From Blasia pusilla (Eukaryota): a DNA stretch of 64,000 nt. The stretch spans positions 23,374,001 through 23,438,000 of the forward strand of contig CM114271.1 of assembly GCA_050084515.1 (NCBI GenBank), read 5' to 3'. Within the stretch, counting starts at the first letter, position 1. Every line of letters starts with the position of its first letter. Both the position numbers and the translations under genes were made by a program. A model generated the notes under the pieces. It worked only from the letters and a program-made list of their open reading frames with translations. It was not told the origin of the DNA and did no database searches. This document shows positions 50,476 to 64,000 of this stretch, one piece after another.

Positions 50476-52090
50476 CCCTTCAAAAGAATTTCAAACTTTG
50501 CATCCTCAAAAAAGTCTAGATCCCAAAGTTAAAGAGGACGTAATGCAAAATGATCAACACAAATATAAAGGAGCGTGAAGTGCAAGGCCAATGAGGTACG
50601 TGTACGAATTGGAGGTGATAATGGATAGAAGCAAAAATTCTAGAAATGAGAGAGAGACAGAGAAGCAGTGCCGATGTTTAGGGTAAGTTAGATCATGAAC
50701 TCGAGTCCAAACGGAGACACTACGAGGCCACCAATTAGATGAAACAACAAGGTGCAGAACAAGGTAGAGTGTGATCCTATTGGCGTTTCCTCACAATGGG
50801 AAAGAATGCGAATAGTGCACGAACGAATGAGCGAGAATGAGAGCTAGTGTAAAACTCCTTCCTTAGAGTGTAGAATGTGGACTTGAGTGTGATTGAGTAA
50901 GTGAACCCGAACGTATGAATGAGAGATGGATATGGAAGCGTAAGGCAAATGGTGCACAATTGCGTTAGTAGAGTATGTGCCACATGATGAAATACAAGTA
51001 TGATCGAAAAATTCCGAGAAGGAATGAGAAAGATTGAAGGTGACAGGACCATGAGAAGACAAAAACATGTGCACACATCAAGTCCGTCGTAGCCATGCAA
51101 ACTACGGTACATTGAGAGGTAGAGTGGCTAGTCTAATGCAATCCATAGAGCCCGCTTCCAAGCAAACGCGAGTGAAACAAAGAAAAACGCGGCTCAAATG
51201 GTGTCGCGCAATGAAGGAGAAGTAAGGCCAACAATTAGGCCTACGATGAATGGACAACGGCTCCAATTCATCGAACTTAGCGACCTCTTGCGAGATGTCA
51301 GAATAAAGATAAACGGTTGCCATGGGACGGTTTTAGGTCCTCCACGTAAGAGTGATGAACACTTGGACATGCCCAACTAGCTTAGAAAAAAAGGGCACAC
51401 ACGACGCACCTTAAAGAGGGAATCTAAGAGCAGGGCAGAATAATAAACCAGGTAAGAACATGATCCCGTAAGTATTTTATTTAGCCACATATTCGAAGTG
51501 AGTTGGTCCGCCCACCCCTGTCCGTATGACGCTCAGAGCGCCCAGATTTGAAACAGGATGCAGCATACTTTCCATCCGCCCCGAGTGAAACTCGTGACAC
51601 GTCCTAGTGCTCCGTCCCTCGAGAAGAAGCTAGCAAGTGACGCGAAACGCGTCACGGTGGAGCGAAAAGGATTACGAGGATCCGTCCGTCCGTCCGTCCG
51701 TGCGTACGTGCGTGCGCGGGTGCCAGATTGAAGGTAGATCCGCAGAATCGGCAGGTGTGCAGAGTGATGGGAATCATGGGATCCGTCGACGGAAGTCATG
51801 TGATGCACCGCCACGAGACCGAGGAAGGGACGGAGGCCGGTGGTGGGACCGACACGAGAGCTGGAGCCGAGACGAGAGTCCCGTCACAACACAAGCGAGA
51901 GAGTGCTGACAGAACGAACGTGACCGTCTTGGGGAGAGATGCGTCGCAGACGAAAGAGGAAGGACCGCGCCTCGCGCAGAGAGCAGAGCACGGCATGTCA
52001 CGGCACCGCGCTACTTCTGTGAGCCGTCGTCGCTCGATGAGTTCCGAGCCGTGCTCCTCCGCCCCTGCCCTCCGAGTCCCCAGAACGCGG

Positions 52091-52115
52091 AGTAGAGTAG
52101 AGTAGAGTAGAGTAG
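52091..52115. repeat. (AGTAG)5 microsatellite upstream of APY7
   Basis: Seen directly. Confidence 0.9.
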
Positions 52116-53641
52116 CTTCTCGCAATGCGTTGGACGCGTTCTTCGTCCAGAGAGGAAATCAGTGCTCGGTACGATGGGGATGCGTTTAGGTGATGGAGGC
52201 CTGAGGGTGGAAGACCTGGGAGAGCCGGTGGGTTGGACGCGGTGAGGATCGGAGTCGGGGAGGTGCGCGTGCGTGCGCGAGTGAATGTAAGTGTATGTAC
52301 AGTTGGAGTCGGGAGGAGTAGGAGCGGAGGAGTGCTTTCGCGGGAAGGAGGAAACGGTGAGTGAATGACAGGAAAGTAGACGCAATTGCGGTCTTCTGGA
52401 TGTTTCTGCTTCTAGATGGATTGGAGCATTGTTTGGTAAGAGCTCTGCATTGCGTGCAGACCACGTGGATCGGGTGGTCGTCGCTGGCATCTCGCAATCT
52501 GGCTACACAATCTGGCTTTCCTCAACGCTGTCGGGAGGATCGGAGCTGGTTGTTCATCGGGTGCAAGGCAAATATGAACCGAATATCAATTTGTTATTGT
52601 TTCATTGTGTAGTTTCGGCGAGCAGTTTGGACCTACTATGTCGTGCAGATCTACTAGGATCCTGTCTTCATCACTCGTCTTTGTCCGTCGTTCATCGCCA
52701 AAAGAATTTTCTACATGCATGCGTGTGAGCGTGTGATTAATGAACTCATTAGAAGAACAATTAGAAACTACCTTTGCGTACTTGGTGGTTGGTCTTTAAT
52801 GGAGTTTCTGATGCAAAAGTCCAGTCGATTGTTTAGATTGATCTCATTCTTTGATGCTTTTAGGGTGACCTTGGCTCAAGAGAGAGAAGTCCCCGATCCG
52901 TAGAAGACTATTGTGCGCAAGGTTCGAACGGGACTTAGAGTGAGGCTGTCATGTTCTCGTATTGTCTGTGAGGGAGTAAATTTTGACTGCTATTTGTTGA
53001 CCTGGTACGGTTCCTGCTGTGTGGCATGTAGGGAAAGGACTCTGCAGACAACAGCTGGAGCTTATACCCATGTTCAGCTCGCATAGATACAAGGCTGGGA
53101 CTGTTGATGCAGGGAACTCCGAAACATTTTGAACCTCGCCAATCGCCCTACCTAGGTGTTTCGGTTCTGGTGACTGAGCGAAACCATCCAGCACTGGGAG
53201 TGCGAGAAATTTTGAAGGAGCAGCAGAGTGAAAAGGAAATCAGAAAATTATAACGAATTTAAGTATACCGGGTCCTCATGCCCAAGGGTCACCGCATTTC
53301 GCCAATGACAAGAAGGGAAAGTCAAATACGTGCATACTGGAATCTGGGAATAACTCTTCCTTCTGAATTACGTTTGGACATGGTGCAATTTGGAATTACG
53401 TCTGATATCAGATTCATCTGAAGAAAAAGGGAGATGTATCTACCCTGGGTTGACGATCTTTTAATCGAGGGGTTGGCATTTGGACACCTGATGGAACATG
53501 GATAAAAGAAGGACTACATATTTTAGGTCAAGAAAGCAAACCTGGAAGTGGATCATTGCAGGCCATGGGCATATGGCAGTCGGGGTCGTTTAAGCGTGTT
53601 GACCACGCCGTTGTGTGTCCGTTTACTTTGCGCGATTCATT

Positions 53642-56417
53642 ATGGGTGTTGGTGGGATTCCAATTGGTGCGCAGCAATTTGCAGCAGTGTCTTCCTCTTC
53701 TCAGCTTCCAACACTATCAAGTGGGATTCCCCGAACTGGCCAGCCAAGGGAAGCTGTCTTAAGAGTATCAGCTTCTTTGCAAGATTTTTCTAATGTCCAT
53801 CGGAATGGGGCCTCTTCTGCTGGAGTTGTGAGAAGTTCTTCCACCGTGAATGGCTTTGGGTTAACAGTACCTAGTCAGCAAGTGGCCAGGAGTGAAAGTG
53901 GGCCACCCGTCTTAACGACGATTAAGAGCAATCTAGTAAGAAGGCCCTCTGGATCTGTGAATGTTCAGTTTGGCTACAGTGCTATCTGCTGGTCGAAGGG
54001 AGGAGCTATTTTGGGGTCTGTTGCGTTAGTCCTAGCTCTGCTCTATCTGGGCTTTGTTTGGGCAGGGTTTAACTTTGCTCCGGATAATCTGGAATATGCT
54101 ATCGTCATCGATTGTGGGAGCACTGGAACGAGGATTCATGTGTATGGATGGACGCATGAGATGGATGTAGGAAAAGATTCACTTCCAGTAATGGTTCTAC
54201 CTTTGCCTCCAGTACATCCAGGTGCTCAAAAGAATGATGGAGCACCGAGTTTTGATAAGGGAAAGAAACAAGGAGAGGGTCGAGCATACAAACGGATGGA
54301 GACAGAACCTGGAATGGACAAACTGTTGCATAATGAGTCAGGAGTGAAAGTTGCTATTCAACCCCTTATTGACTGGGCAGCCAATCAAATTCCTCGATCT
54401 GCTCATGGGAAGACCCAACTTTTCTTCATGGCCACAGCAGGTCTCCGCAAGTTGTCACCCACTGATTCAGGTTGGCTACTGGACAAAGCTTGGTCTGTAT
54501 TGAAGCGATCTCCTTTCATCTGTAGGAGGGAATGGGTACGAATTATCACTGGACAGGAAGAGGCATACTATGGATGGATTGCTCTAAATTATAATCGGGA
54601 CAGACTTGGGTATGCCTCTAAGCAGTCTTCGTTTGGTGCCCTTGACTTGGGTGGGTCATCTTTGGAAGTTACTTTTGAACCACATGAGATTCCCAGGGCA
54701 GAATATGGAGTGAATGTGACTATTGGGTCTGGAGAACACCACCTCTATGCATACTCACATCCTGGATTTGGGCTTAATGATGCTTTTGAAAAATCAGTTG
54801 CATTATTGATACAGCGTGGGGCATATAAAAGAAGAGCGGGTACTATTCATGTGCAGCACCCCTGCTTAAATCAGGGCTATAAAAAACCTTTTGTTTGTTC
54901 ATCTCGCTGTGTCCTTCCACCCTTCCCTCATGTAAATGAACCACATAAGGGACAGAGAAGCATGTTGGCTGGAGAGGAGTATGCAGGAAAAATAGAGCTT
55001 ATTGGGAAAGCAAACTGGGCCTCTTGTAGGAGTTTGGCACAGTCCGTGATCAATGTGTCAGGGCTTGCTGATGGGAGAGAATGTGAATTTCCTCCTTGTG
55101 CTTTGGGGAAGCACCAACCACAACCTCAGGGCCAATTTTACGCCCTGGCAGGATTCTTTGTTGTGTACAAGTTCTTTGGATTGACATCGAGACATTCCCT
55201 TGATGACCTTCTTCAGAAGGGTCAAGAGTTCTGCAATCTGAAGTGGACTGCTGCTCAAGAAAGTGTTGTGTTTCAACCAAGCATAGATCGTTATTGTTTT
55301 CGGGCACCATACGTCGTTGCCTTGCTTCGGGAGGGTCTGCACCTTGGAGATGATCAGATTGTAATAGGTTCCGGAGATTTTGCATGGACACTGGGGGCAG
55401 CTCTGAATGAAGCTGGTGCATTACTTCCGGCAACCCTTAAAGGAGGAGATAAATACAGTGGCCTCATTCGCTTTAGACAATCAGTGTTTATTCAAGATGT
55501 ACATTCCCTCACATTTCTGGTCCTCTTATTTTTCCTGTTTATGTTCGCACTGATTACTTGCTACCGGCGGATCCCCCCTCGTTCCTGGCGACGACCAGAC
55601 CTACCTCTATTTGTTCCACCATCTGTGAGCGGTGGCCCTTTTTCTTCTTGGTTTCCTCCTTCATTCCTCTCTCAAGTGCGCCTTGGTGGGAGCACTAGTG
55701 GGACTTCAAGCCTCTCTGGTATGTTATCTATGAGACCAAGGTTTCTGTGGCTTGAGATCCACAAGGCAAACTTGTGCCATTGTTTACAATTTTGGATAAC
55801 TATCACTGGCTGTGCTTGAATTGCAATGAATGATGGTGTTTTCTGTTTGATTTTCAGCTTTCATCTTAGATTTGAATGTTTTGTCAATCTTGAAGTAGAA
55901 CTCTGCCTTCTATCCTTTACTAATCAATAGATAGCTATCCAAAATTACGGTAAGTTCTGAAAGAGCTCCACTTTTTGCATGTTTGAGGAATCAGTACTAT
56001 ATCTTATGTATATGAGTGGCTTTCCTACGGAAAGGTTTTTTACGATGTTGGGTCCAGCTAAGTGCTTTGAGACATTGTGGCCTTGATTTTCCTCATCTTT
56101 TGGATGAAAGTACAGGTGAGGGTAGGGTGAAGCAGCCCCACAGTCCGGCACCATCAGCCTCAAACAACAGCTTTCATCATCAGATGTTTGGATCAGGAGC
56201 CATGCTTGCGGGCGGTGATGGACCAGTCTTGGAGTGTGATGCTCTGCAGCCTTCAATGGCACCTGGGGTGATCAACTCAGGTGGAAGACCACAGATCCAG
56301 TTGGCTACCCTCAAAATGCATAATAAAGGAGTGTCAAAGCTGCAGAGTCGCCGTACCCAATCAAGGGAAGATTTGAGTGCGTACATGGCAGACAATCCAC
56401 ACATTCCAAAGGTCTGA
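53642..56417 (+). CDS. APY7: Apyrase 7-like GDA1/CD39 nucleoside phosphatase; join(53642..55718,56116..56417), 792 aa
   Basis: Apyrase conserved regions IDCGSTGTR, MATAGLR, ITGQEEAYYGW, LDLGGSSL, WTLGAAL. N- and C-terminal TM helices. APY7-type motifs LRVSASLQDFS and LQSRRTQSREDL. The phase-1 GT..AG intron 55719-56115 joins in frame to GEGRVKQPHSP. Confidence 0.92.
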
Positions 56418-59400
56418 ATGTCACTATCTATCTTTTCAGAAACTTGCTTAATTTTACTTGCCTCTTCCTTTTATGTGTAGCAACACTTGCAACTCCAGCA
56501 TATGAGTGGCTGTAACTGTATTGTGGATAAACCAGCCCTTTTGACAATCAGTAATGTTTTTGCTGGTTGATCATGTGTACTATGAAGAATGTTATTAGGG
56601 GCTTAAAAGTTTTTGCTTGTTGGTTGGTTTGGTACAAAGCAGCCACCCATCACATGAACTCAAAGCTTTGACTGTGTGGCTGTTTGTCCTAACGTTAAGC
56701 TCAATTATCTTGTCATAGCTTAGGTAATACTACAAATATATATTTGTAAGACGTCATGAGATATGGGGTATGGACAGTTGTCTACTACTTTGATATGCCA
56801 TGACTCCAGAGTAAGTAGCCCTTAAGCTATCAGCTGAAATTCATCTGCATTCTGTTCTCTAGATAGAAGATTTCATCTCTTGAACACTCAATACAAAATG
56901 GCTCAAAAGAAATCACAATGTCACAGTTTTTGTGTTATGCAGGTAATGATTCCGCGGGAAATTTGACCTGTAAGAGTCTATACAGCATTGTGCCAAGATT
57001 TAATCATCTAGTAATACTGCTTGTGACCTCACAAAGTGAGAGCATTTGAAGACTTGGATACCTATGCAACAGCTTCTTTTAACTGCAGCCATCACCCAAA
57101 GCATGTCTGCTTGGGATGCTACGACTGAAGATCACTGCCAATCCCGAGAGAAATTTTTTCTGAGAAATGTTTTTCTCAGTTGCTAATGGTCGGTCATTCA
57201 TTGGAGTAAAAGCAGGGTGTAGATTATTGAATGAGGAAGAATTGAAGTCTGGATCTGGTGTTTGGGTCAGGCATTGATTTTTGTTATCTGCAACCATCCT
57301 GTGTATTATTTATTCAGTCCACAACGCAATGGACTTTACTTGGGCCTCCATGGGTGGAGAACTATTGGACTTGGCTGAGAATATTGTCAGGGTAGAAAGG
57401 ATTCTGAGAGCTGATGGTCTGTAAGCATCCTCTTCCAAGTTGGAAAACGTGGAAGTTATCTGCATCCACTGCCATCGCATATGGGCTTTGGTGAAATTCG
57501 TCTTTTGAGGTGTAAGGTATATACATACCCTGGTCCGGTGTATGACAGACAGCTTGAGAGTAGTAGAGGCAGTTATCAAAATTCCGGCTGACTACTCCAT
57601 TTGTGTCAGCCGTCAAGTCTTCGGCTTTGTAGTTTGGGATTGTAGATGTGGGACATAAAACTCACATCTGTTAAATCCACTGTAGGTGGTTACAATGATT
57701 GAGGGGCATTCAGAATTCCGACGATTGAAAACACACATCCTTCAAACAATATCTCTGCTAATCTTGACACCGATTTGCTGATAGTGGCATTCCTCTGCCT
57801 CCCTGGTTTTGAATCCCACAACCAGTTTTTGTCTAGGACTGCTGCTACTTCAAATGTGGCTTGTAGTGATTGATAATATTTCTCCCTGTTCCACTGCAAG
57901 ATGAGGGTCCCTTGCTGCTCACTCACAATGAAACTAGATGATGTATCTGGCTGCCATAGCTGTCACTGTTCAGCTTGATCGTGTACAAATGCCTGTCCAT
58001 GTTTTCCTAATAAAGGATACTGTGACTGACCTGGGTTTGTGAGGGCGTGGAAGGAATGTTTAGGGTTTTATCTTACTCTCAAATGCCATAAAGAATCAAT
58101 TTATCTGATAAGCATGTAGTGGATCATTCTCAAATGTTGTTTAGTCTGTGTTAGTGTCGATAGTGAGATCCTTTGGGGGAATACTAATTATCAGTGGATT
58201 TGCTATATACAGTACTTACAATACTTACAACATCCCTCACTATCTGCACATTTAAGTGGTACATTCAGTGCCATTTTATACCAAAGATATGGATTTAGGG
58301 TCTTTCTGTGTGCGTAGATTGAACATGCACTCTGTGGGTTCCCCTCCTTAGATTTCCCTCACGACCGAGCTTTGTAGTTCTCCTTCCTGTTTAAATACCA
58401 AGTATTCTTCTTTTAGTGGGACTGTCAAGTCTGGGGTTCCTTATTTTCCCAAGTCTTAGTTATGGGTTTTCATCGGGGTTGAATTGTGCTTCTAAATTTG
58501 CATGTTAGTACATCTGGCAGCTCTAGTTGTGTCTATCATAGAAGTTGTTCCTTGATGGGTTTGGTATTAGCTTGATTTGTCATGTAGAATAGGTAGGATT
58601 GATTACCATTCGGAAAATTTGCTTAATGTTTGTGCCCACAATGCTCTTATTGTGCTTGTGATCGTGCTCCTCCTCCAGAGAGGGCCTCTACCCTTACTTC
58701 TACTACCAATGTTGCAATCACGAGGGAGGCGGCGAGCAACCCCTATACGATATGGCCATGGTAGGACCTCTTTGAGACACATTTCATCAAGCCCAATGAT
58801 AATGCCACAACAGGGAGGGACTCAAGTAGTTTCTTCGCAGGATGGTCCTCCATTGGCTTCAAATCCAGGGGAGCAAGACCCTGGAGGCACCCCAGATTGG
58901 GCTCAGCGCATGGAGGATCAACTGCATGAGACACTAGTAGGTCTGTTCAACGATGTGGGTGTGGCAACTCTTTTATGAACTTTGGGAGGTTCAAGTTGAA
59001 TCAAGAGCTAGCAGCCACCAAAACATCACCCCAAGGACACCAACAGCTAGTTACTGTAGGATCACCCGAAGCTAGTTACTGTAGGATGATCCAACAGTGG
59101 AGGATACCAGCCAATGGCATGGTTTGAAATGCTCATAAGAAACATACACTTCAAGTCCCGTTTGCTCTCTTTCTTCAGTAGAACCACGACATCCCTTGAC
59201 TTCAGCCAATACCCAATCAATACGTGTGAGATGGAGCAAAATCAACCTTCATCCCACTCGAGTGATCTTGACTACGACGTGGAAATGCTGCTGAGAAATA
59301 TTGCAGGAGTCTTGAGGGAGGTCATAGGATGGGGACGCCAACAGCAGAGCATGAACAAAGTCTAGATTAGAGATAGGTAACCTTGAAAATAGGGCCGGAG

Positions 59401-61134
59401 GCTTAAGTCAGTTCACTGTGCAAGTGTTATGGCCTCGTGTACTAAAGTAGGTGAAACGGATCTTCCCGTACAGGTCATGAAAGATGTAGATGATAGCCCA
59501 ATTTGTATTTGCAAATACCCACAACTAGGCCCTCTTTGGGTGAGCACTCTTCAGAATTCTTTAAACAAACTTGACATAAGTCACTTACAGATGCTTGGAA
59601 TCATAGGCTCTCTTACATTGTGCTACATTCATAGCTAGAAACCACTCTCCTTATGAACAAGACTTGTTGAAGTCTTGATTCATAACGGTGGGTCAAGGGT
59701 GTTGCAAGGAGTACGTTTTTATCTTATGTGAAAACTTTTTTGGATACTATCCCTTTAACGAGCACCTCACTACTTGTGTCCCAAATAATTTTCTGACTTT
59801 TGTACCAGTTTCCATTTCTCATTAAAAGTAATTCCCACTCCTCCATTTCTTGGGTAAGTATCAAAGAAATTGAATCTCTCCCAAGATTTAAGTACGATCG
59901 TTTTACACTCATCAAAGTGTCAAGTTTAAAATGGCATTTCTAAACAATAGACGTGTTATTCTACGGTTATCTAACACATGAAAACAGTATGTATAACACT
60001 ACAGGGAGTGGGGGTTGTTATTTGATGGAAATTTTAGGTCCTTTTATAAACTGAAAGAATACACATTTTTTGAAGAATCTTGAAGGGTTGGTATGCTATT
60101 TAAAAAAATTATTTCAAGTAGTACTTTGAGATTATTCTTGCGCTTGCTTTGCTAGGATTGGATTGCTTTTACAATTCAAATAATGCTAAGAAGTGTATCA
60201 TGTTGTATTAGATGTGGGATATCCTAACTAGTAATAGTGGATAATATATTTGTAATTCAACTCCCAATAAATTAGGTTGCTTTGCAAATGTAAACGTTAT
60301 GCTTTTCTTGTTCCCAAAATAAACAAGAACAAATTTGTCTTGTTATTATTGGAGAGAATATCGCATCATAATTTCTAGTTTAGGTGTAAAGGACATGGAT
60401 TTGAGGGATAACGGTCTTGTTTAAAAAAGGTAGTGGACGTGAGGTCTTTTAACATCACTTTGACACTTTAAGTATGAGTGGTTTAACTCATGCTTAAGGA
60501 GTAGCTAGGTTTGAGAGATGAATGGTTTTTCTTAATAAATTTTTTTGAATTATATATATTTTGAAATAAATGGAAGGGGAAGGAAAATTTTCTCTTATAA
60601 ATTTAAAATTATGCATTGTATGGTAATGAAAATTAGTGTATACTAGTAAGAACATTCATACAATGTTGTGGCATATGTAAATATCTTCAATGTTTACCTG
60701 CTTTACGAAAATTTTAAATCAAATCATATATCTTTGCTACATCTCTTGGAGTCTCCAACATATCTAAACTCTCCCAAGTGTCTCCTCCTTCTCAAGAACC
60801 TTTCGTGGAGTTCTCATTGTCACGACTTTTTAGGATAGATCAGAAAGTTCTGGTAGAGTATCTTCGCGAGTAGAGGAGGACAGGCTCAGGAGGTCGAGGA
60901 TGACCTGCTGAGGTCTCGGGAAACCTGAGAGAGCAGGTTTTTCCTTCGTTTCGGCTCATTTGGAGCCATATAGAGAAACTTACTATTTTGGATAAGTTTC
61001 CATGTTTGGTCGAGTTGACTTTTCACTTTGGGAAGTGGTCCTTGACCCGCTACAGTAGGTCAAGAGCCAAGGAGGTGACAACGAGCATAGGTTATCAAGG
61101 AGAGAGCTTGGGAGAGGGAAGGGGGTATACCTCA

Positions 61135-61243
<109 letters not shown>

Positions 61244-62736
61244 AGAGCTCATTCTCTCTTTGTTGAATCCTCGGCACGAGGCGGCGGAGCTATGGTCCCT
61301 TGCCTTGTGAGTGTAACCCAAGCCTCTCATTAGGAGAGTGGGTTTGGTTTGACATTGAGAGAGACATGTGAGAGTGCATACATTTGAGAGCTATGGTGTT
61401 GAGAGAGATTGGATCTTATGGTGTTGAGAGGGATTGGGGGGTGTTGACCCTCAATCTTAGGAGGGATTTGTGGCAAAGCAATCAATTTGCAGACCTGTCA
61501 AGAGGGGGGCTGTCAAGTAAGGAAATATGGAGGAGATCCAATTTTCTCGGGGGGTTATTCTAGTTAAATTTTTTTTTAAAAAAAAATTAGAAAAAAATTT
61601 GGCGGGGAACAATGTCTGTCCTACCACGTCATAGCCGACTGTCCCGGAGACGCACAAACCGGATGTGCACTTGCTATCGTCGTTGTATGCTATGTGGTCT
61701 GTCGACGCTTGAGGGCGGCTACTCGGTTGTCGGATCTCCTAGTGCCGACAAAATACAGAGCCGCCGCGTAGCCGTGCGCTGCTCCGTTCGACCGTTAGTG
61801 CCGCTCGTAGAGCCGAGCGTCTGAATCTCTGTCCCAGACCGCCGTGGCTGTCTGTATTTGCGGCAGGTCGTTTGCATTTTTGGATTGATGGGGTCGTAGT
61901 GTTCTGTCCGCTTTATTATGCTGTGATTTGTAGCCGCTCGAGGAGGATGGAATACCGTGTTGTGACGCCTATAACCGCAACGTGTCGTCGATTTCCGCAC
62001 CGCGCCGCTTGTGGCCGCACCGCATCGTCTTGATCACCAAGCCGTGCCATCATTGGAGAGCAGAGCGTGTATTGTTGTTGAGGAGGGTATGTCGCTGAGT
62101 GCCGTACCCTATTACCGAGTGTCGTGCTGTTTGTAGCCCTTCTGTGCCGAGAGTGCCGCACCGTACTGCTGGACCCGCACCACACATCGAGGAGATTTGA
62201 GCATCGTCAGTACCAGAGCAGTACGACTTGCTGCTTGGAGGATTTGTCTTCACGATGGAGATAGGGTCGAGGTTTTTCAGTTGCTGAGGTCAAGTTATCC
62301 ATTCTGGTCTTTTGCCTTGCACATGTTAGGGATTTCCGGGTATTGGGCAGTTCTTTGGGATATTGGGTTTCGTGTTGATGCCGAGAGCATCATTGATGTA
62401 TGGGTTAGGGGACATAGACTGTGTGGGATGTCTAGAGTTGAGGGCGTGTCCTGTCGATGGGATGATAGGACAATAGACGATTTGCTGCACCATGTGCTTG
62501 TTGCCGTACAACACACGTCTCAGTGAGAGAGTGTAGATTGAATGCCGCATGTTGGATTGAGTGATTACTCACAAGATTGAGAGTGATCGTGTGAGAGGGG
62601 CACAAGGGTCATCACGGCGTCCTTTCAGGACTTTGAGAGGCGAGGTGGTGGACCTGAGAGTAGCTCTAGAGAATTTACCCGAAGTGGTGCGAGGTTTCTA
62701 GAGTCTTTACGTGAGAGACCACCTCGATCTCCTTCT

Positions 62737-64000
62737 ATGTCGTCTTCAAACAAGGGGAAGAGTGTAGAGGAGTGTGCTAGTGATCCACCGCACATATTGA
62801 GTGGTCCTACCAGTTGGGCGTACGAGATGGACGACCGGGGTAGAGGACCGCGTAGGTTGTGGGGTGCTATAGGCACTATAGAGTTACAAGACTTCATTAT
62901 GGAGTTTAGGAGTTGGTGTGACTCACAGCGGGCTAGGAACTCCAAAGAGTTTGACCCGTTTACAGCATGGAATGGAATATTCCAACATTTAGAGGGGGCA
63001 TCCATGGACGATTACCACGAGTTCTCGCATAGATATGCCCATGACATTGAGTCCTGGAGACTCTACTATGACCTACACTATGTATCATGGACTGAGCCAT
63101 TTCTAGATGAAGAGGAGGAGCCACGAGAGGATTCCTTCACCGGTGATGTTGTAGGAGGGGTGACTCGCACTACAACAGTTGCATCGTCCATTCAAGTTTG
63201 TCCCTCGTTCAACCCCGTGGTTGAATTCTTAGGTGAGTTGAGGGCGAGCTATAAGGGGGTACAATTGGAGAAGTTGCGGAGCATCCATGACTTCCAGAGG
63301 TGCCCACGTGAGAGTTTGGGTGAGGCCTACACCCGCTTGCGCCGGTTGATTAACGTCACTCAGGGGGTGATAGAGCCTTAGGCTATCTAGTCATGGTACG
63401 CGATGTTGGGCTAGACCCTGCAGATACGTGTGCGAGAGGGGGTGCTTCTTATGAACACCTCCCCTACGTTAAGAGATGTTTTAAGGACCGCCAAGAACAT
63501 TAAGCGCAACATGGCGGAGGAGACCGTAGCCACCATGGGTTCTCAGTCACGATTGCATGCACCACCAATGCAGCAACATGGATTCTGAGATAGGTCTGTG
63601 GCACCACGAGCTCAAGGAGGATACCGGGAGGCCATGCCACAGAGACCTGGGCCTTCATATGTGGCTCAGCAGTAGCCGCCTACGATTACTTGTTGGTCAT
63701 GTGCTGGAGCCCATCATTAGCGCGATTGCACCTGTCAGGGTCATAGTCGCGTGCCTCAGCATGGAGGAGGAGATGGTGCTGCCCTAGGAGGTTATCAATG
63801 TGTCTATTGTCAAAGGTATGGTCACACACGTGCTAGGTGTTTCAGCTTGCACCCTGAGTTACGTTCGGACCGAGGTATAGAGAGGGCACCAGAGCGAGTT
63901 GCTGGTCCGGGTGGGCGTACAGGTCGTACACCAGGTGATCCCGTTGGGGGACGAGGAATGAGATTCACCCGAGGGGATGGTGAAGTTTCCCATGGAGTAG
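62737..64000 (+). pseudogene. gag: gag (degenerate)
   Basis: AWNGIFQHLEGASMDDYHEF..EKLRSIHDFQR..ESLGEAYTRLRRLI, knuckles CWSCAGAHH and CVYCQRYGH. In-frame stops. Confidence 0.8.

Noticed and set aside
53615-55819. 734-aa ORF as the complete apyrase
   Set aside because: It starts at a GTG and reads into the intron. The first ATG is 53642 and the conserved C-terminus is in exon 56116-56417.
57060-59920. Short ORFs downstream of APY7
   Set aside because: No recognisable domain or consistent exon structure. Possibly UTR, intergenic or decayed repeat DNA.

Overview
Repeat-rich nuclear DNA from a plant, probably a seed-free land plant (spliceosomal introns, an APY7-type apyrase gene, CG/CHG-type decay of old repeats). 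Bases 1-47,000 are a nest of transposons from three families. (1) A ~12.4-kb Mutator-like (MULE) DNA transposon is present as four partial copies. It carries two divergently transcribed, intron-containing genes: a GCM/WRKY-type zinc finger + DDE + SWIM transposase, and a cargo gene fusing a ParB-like (WDGNHR) domain to a beta-class amino (N4mC/N6mA) DNA methyltransferase-like domain. Its introns, intergenic spacer and subterminal DNA hold dozens of copies of a 27-bp palindrome, GCAACCCGTCGGA-N-TCCGACGGGTTGC. (2) A Ty3/Gypsy family has a PHD finger after the integrase; one copy also has a DNMT3-like C5 cytosine methyltransferase domain upstream of RT. (3) A complete 10.7-kb non-chromovirus Ty3/Gypsy element (ATAGG TSD, tRNA-Asp PBS, extra 3' ORF) is nested in the DNMT-bearing copy. 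The only clear host gene is apyrase APY7 (53642-56417, two coding exons). The most notable point is that two unrelated TE classes here each carry a different type of DNA methyltransferase domain. All domain calls come from motifs read by eye and need HMM or structural confirmation.
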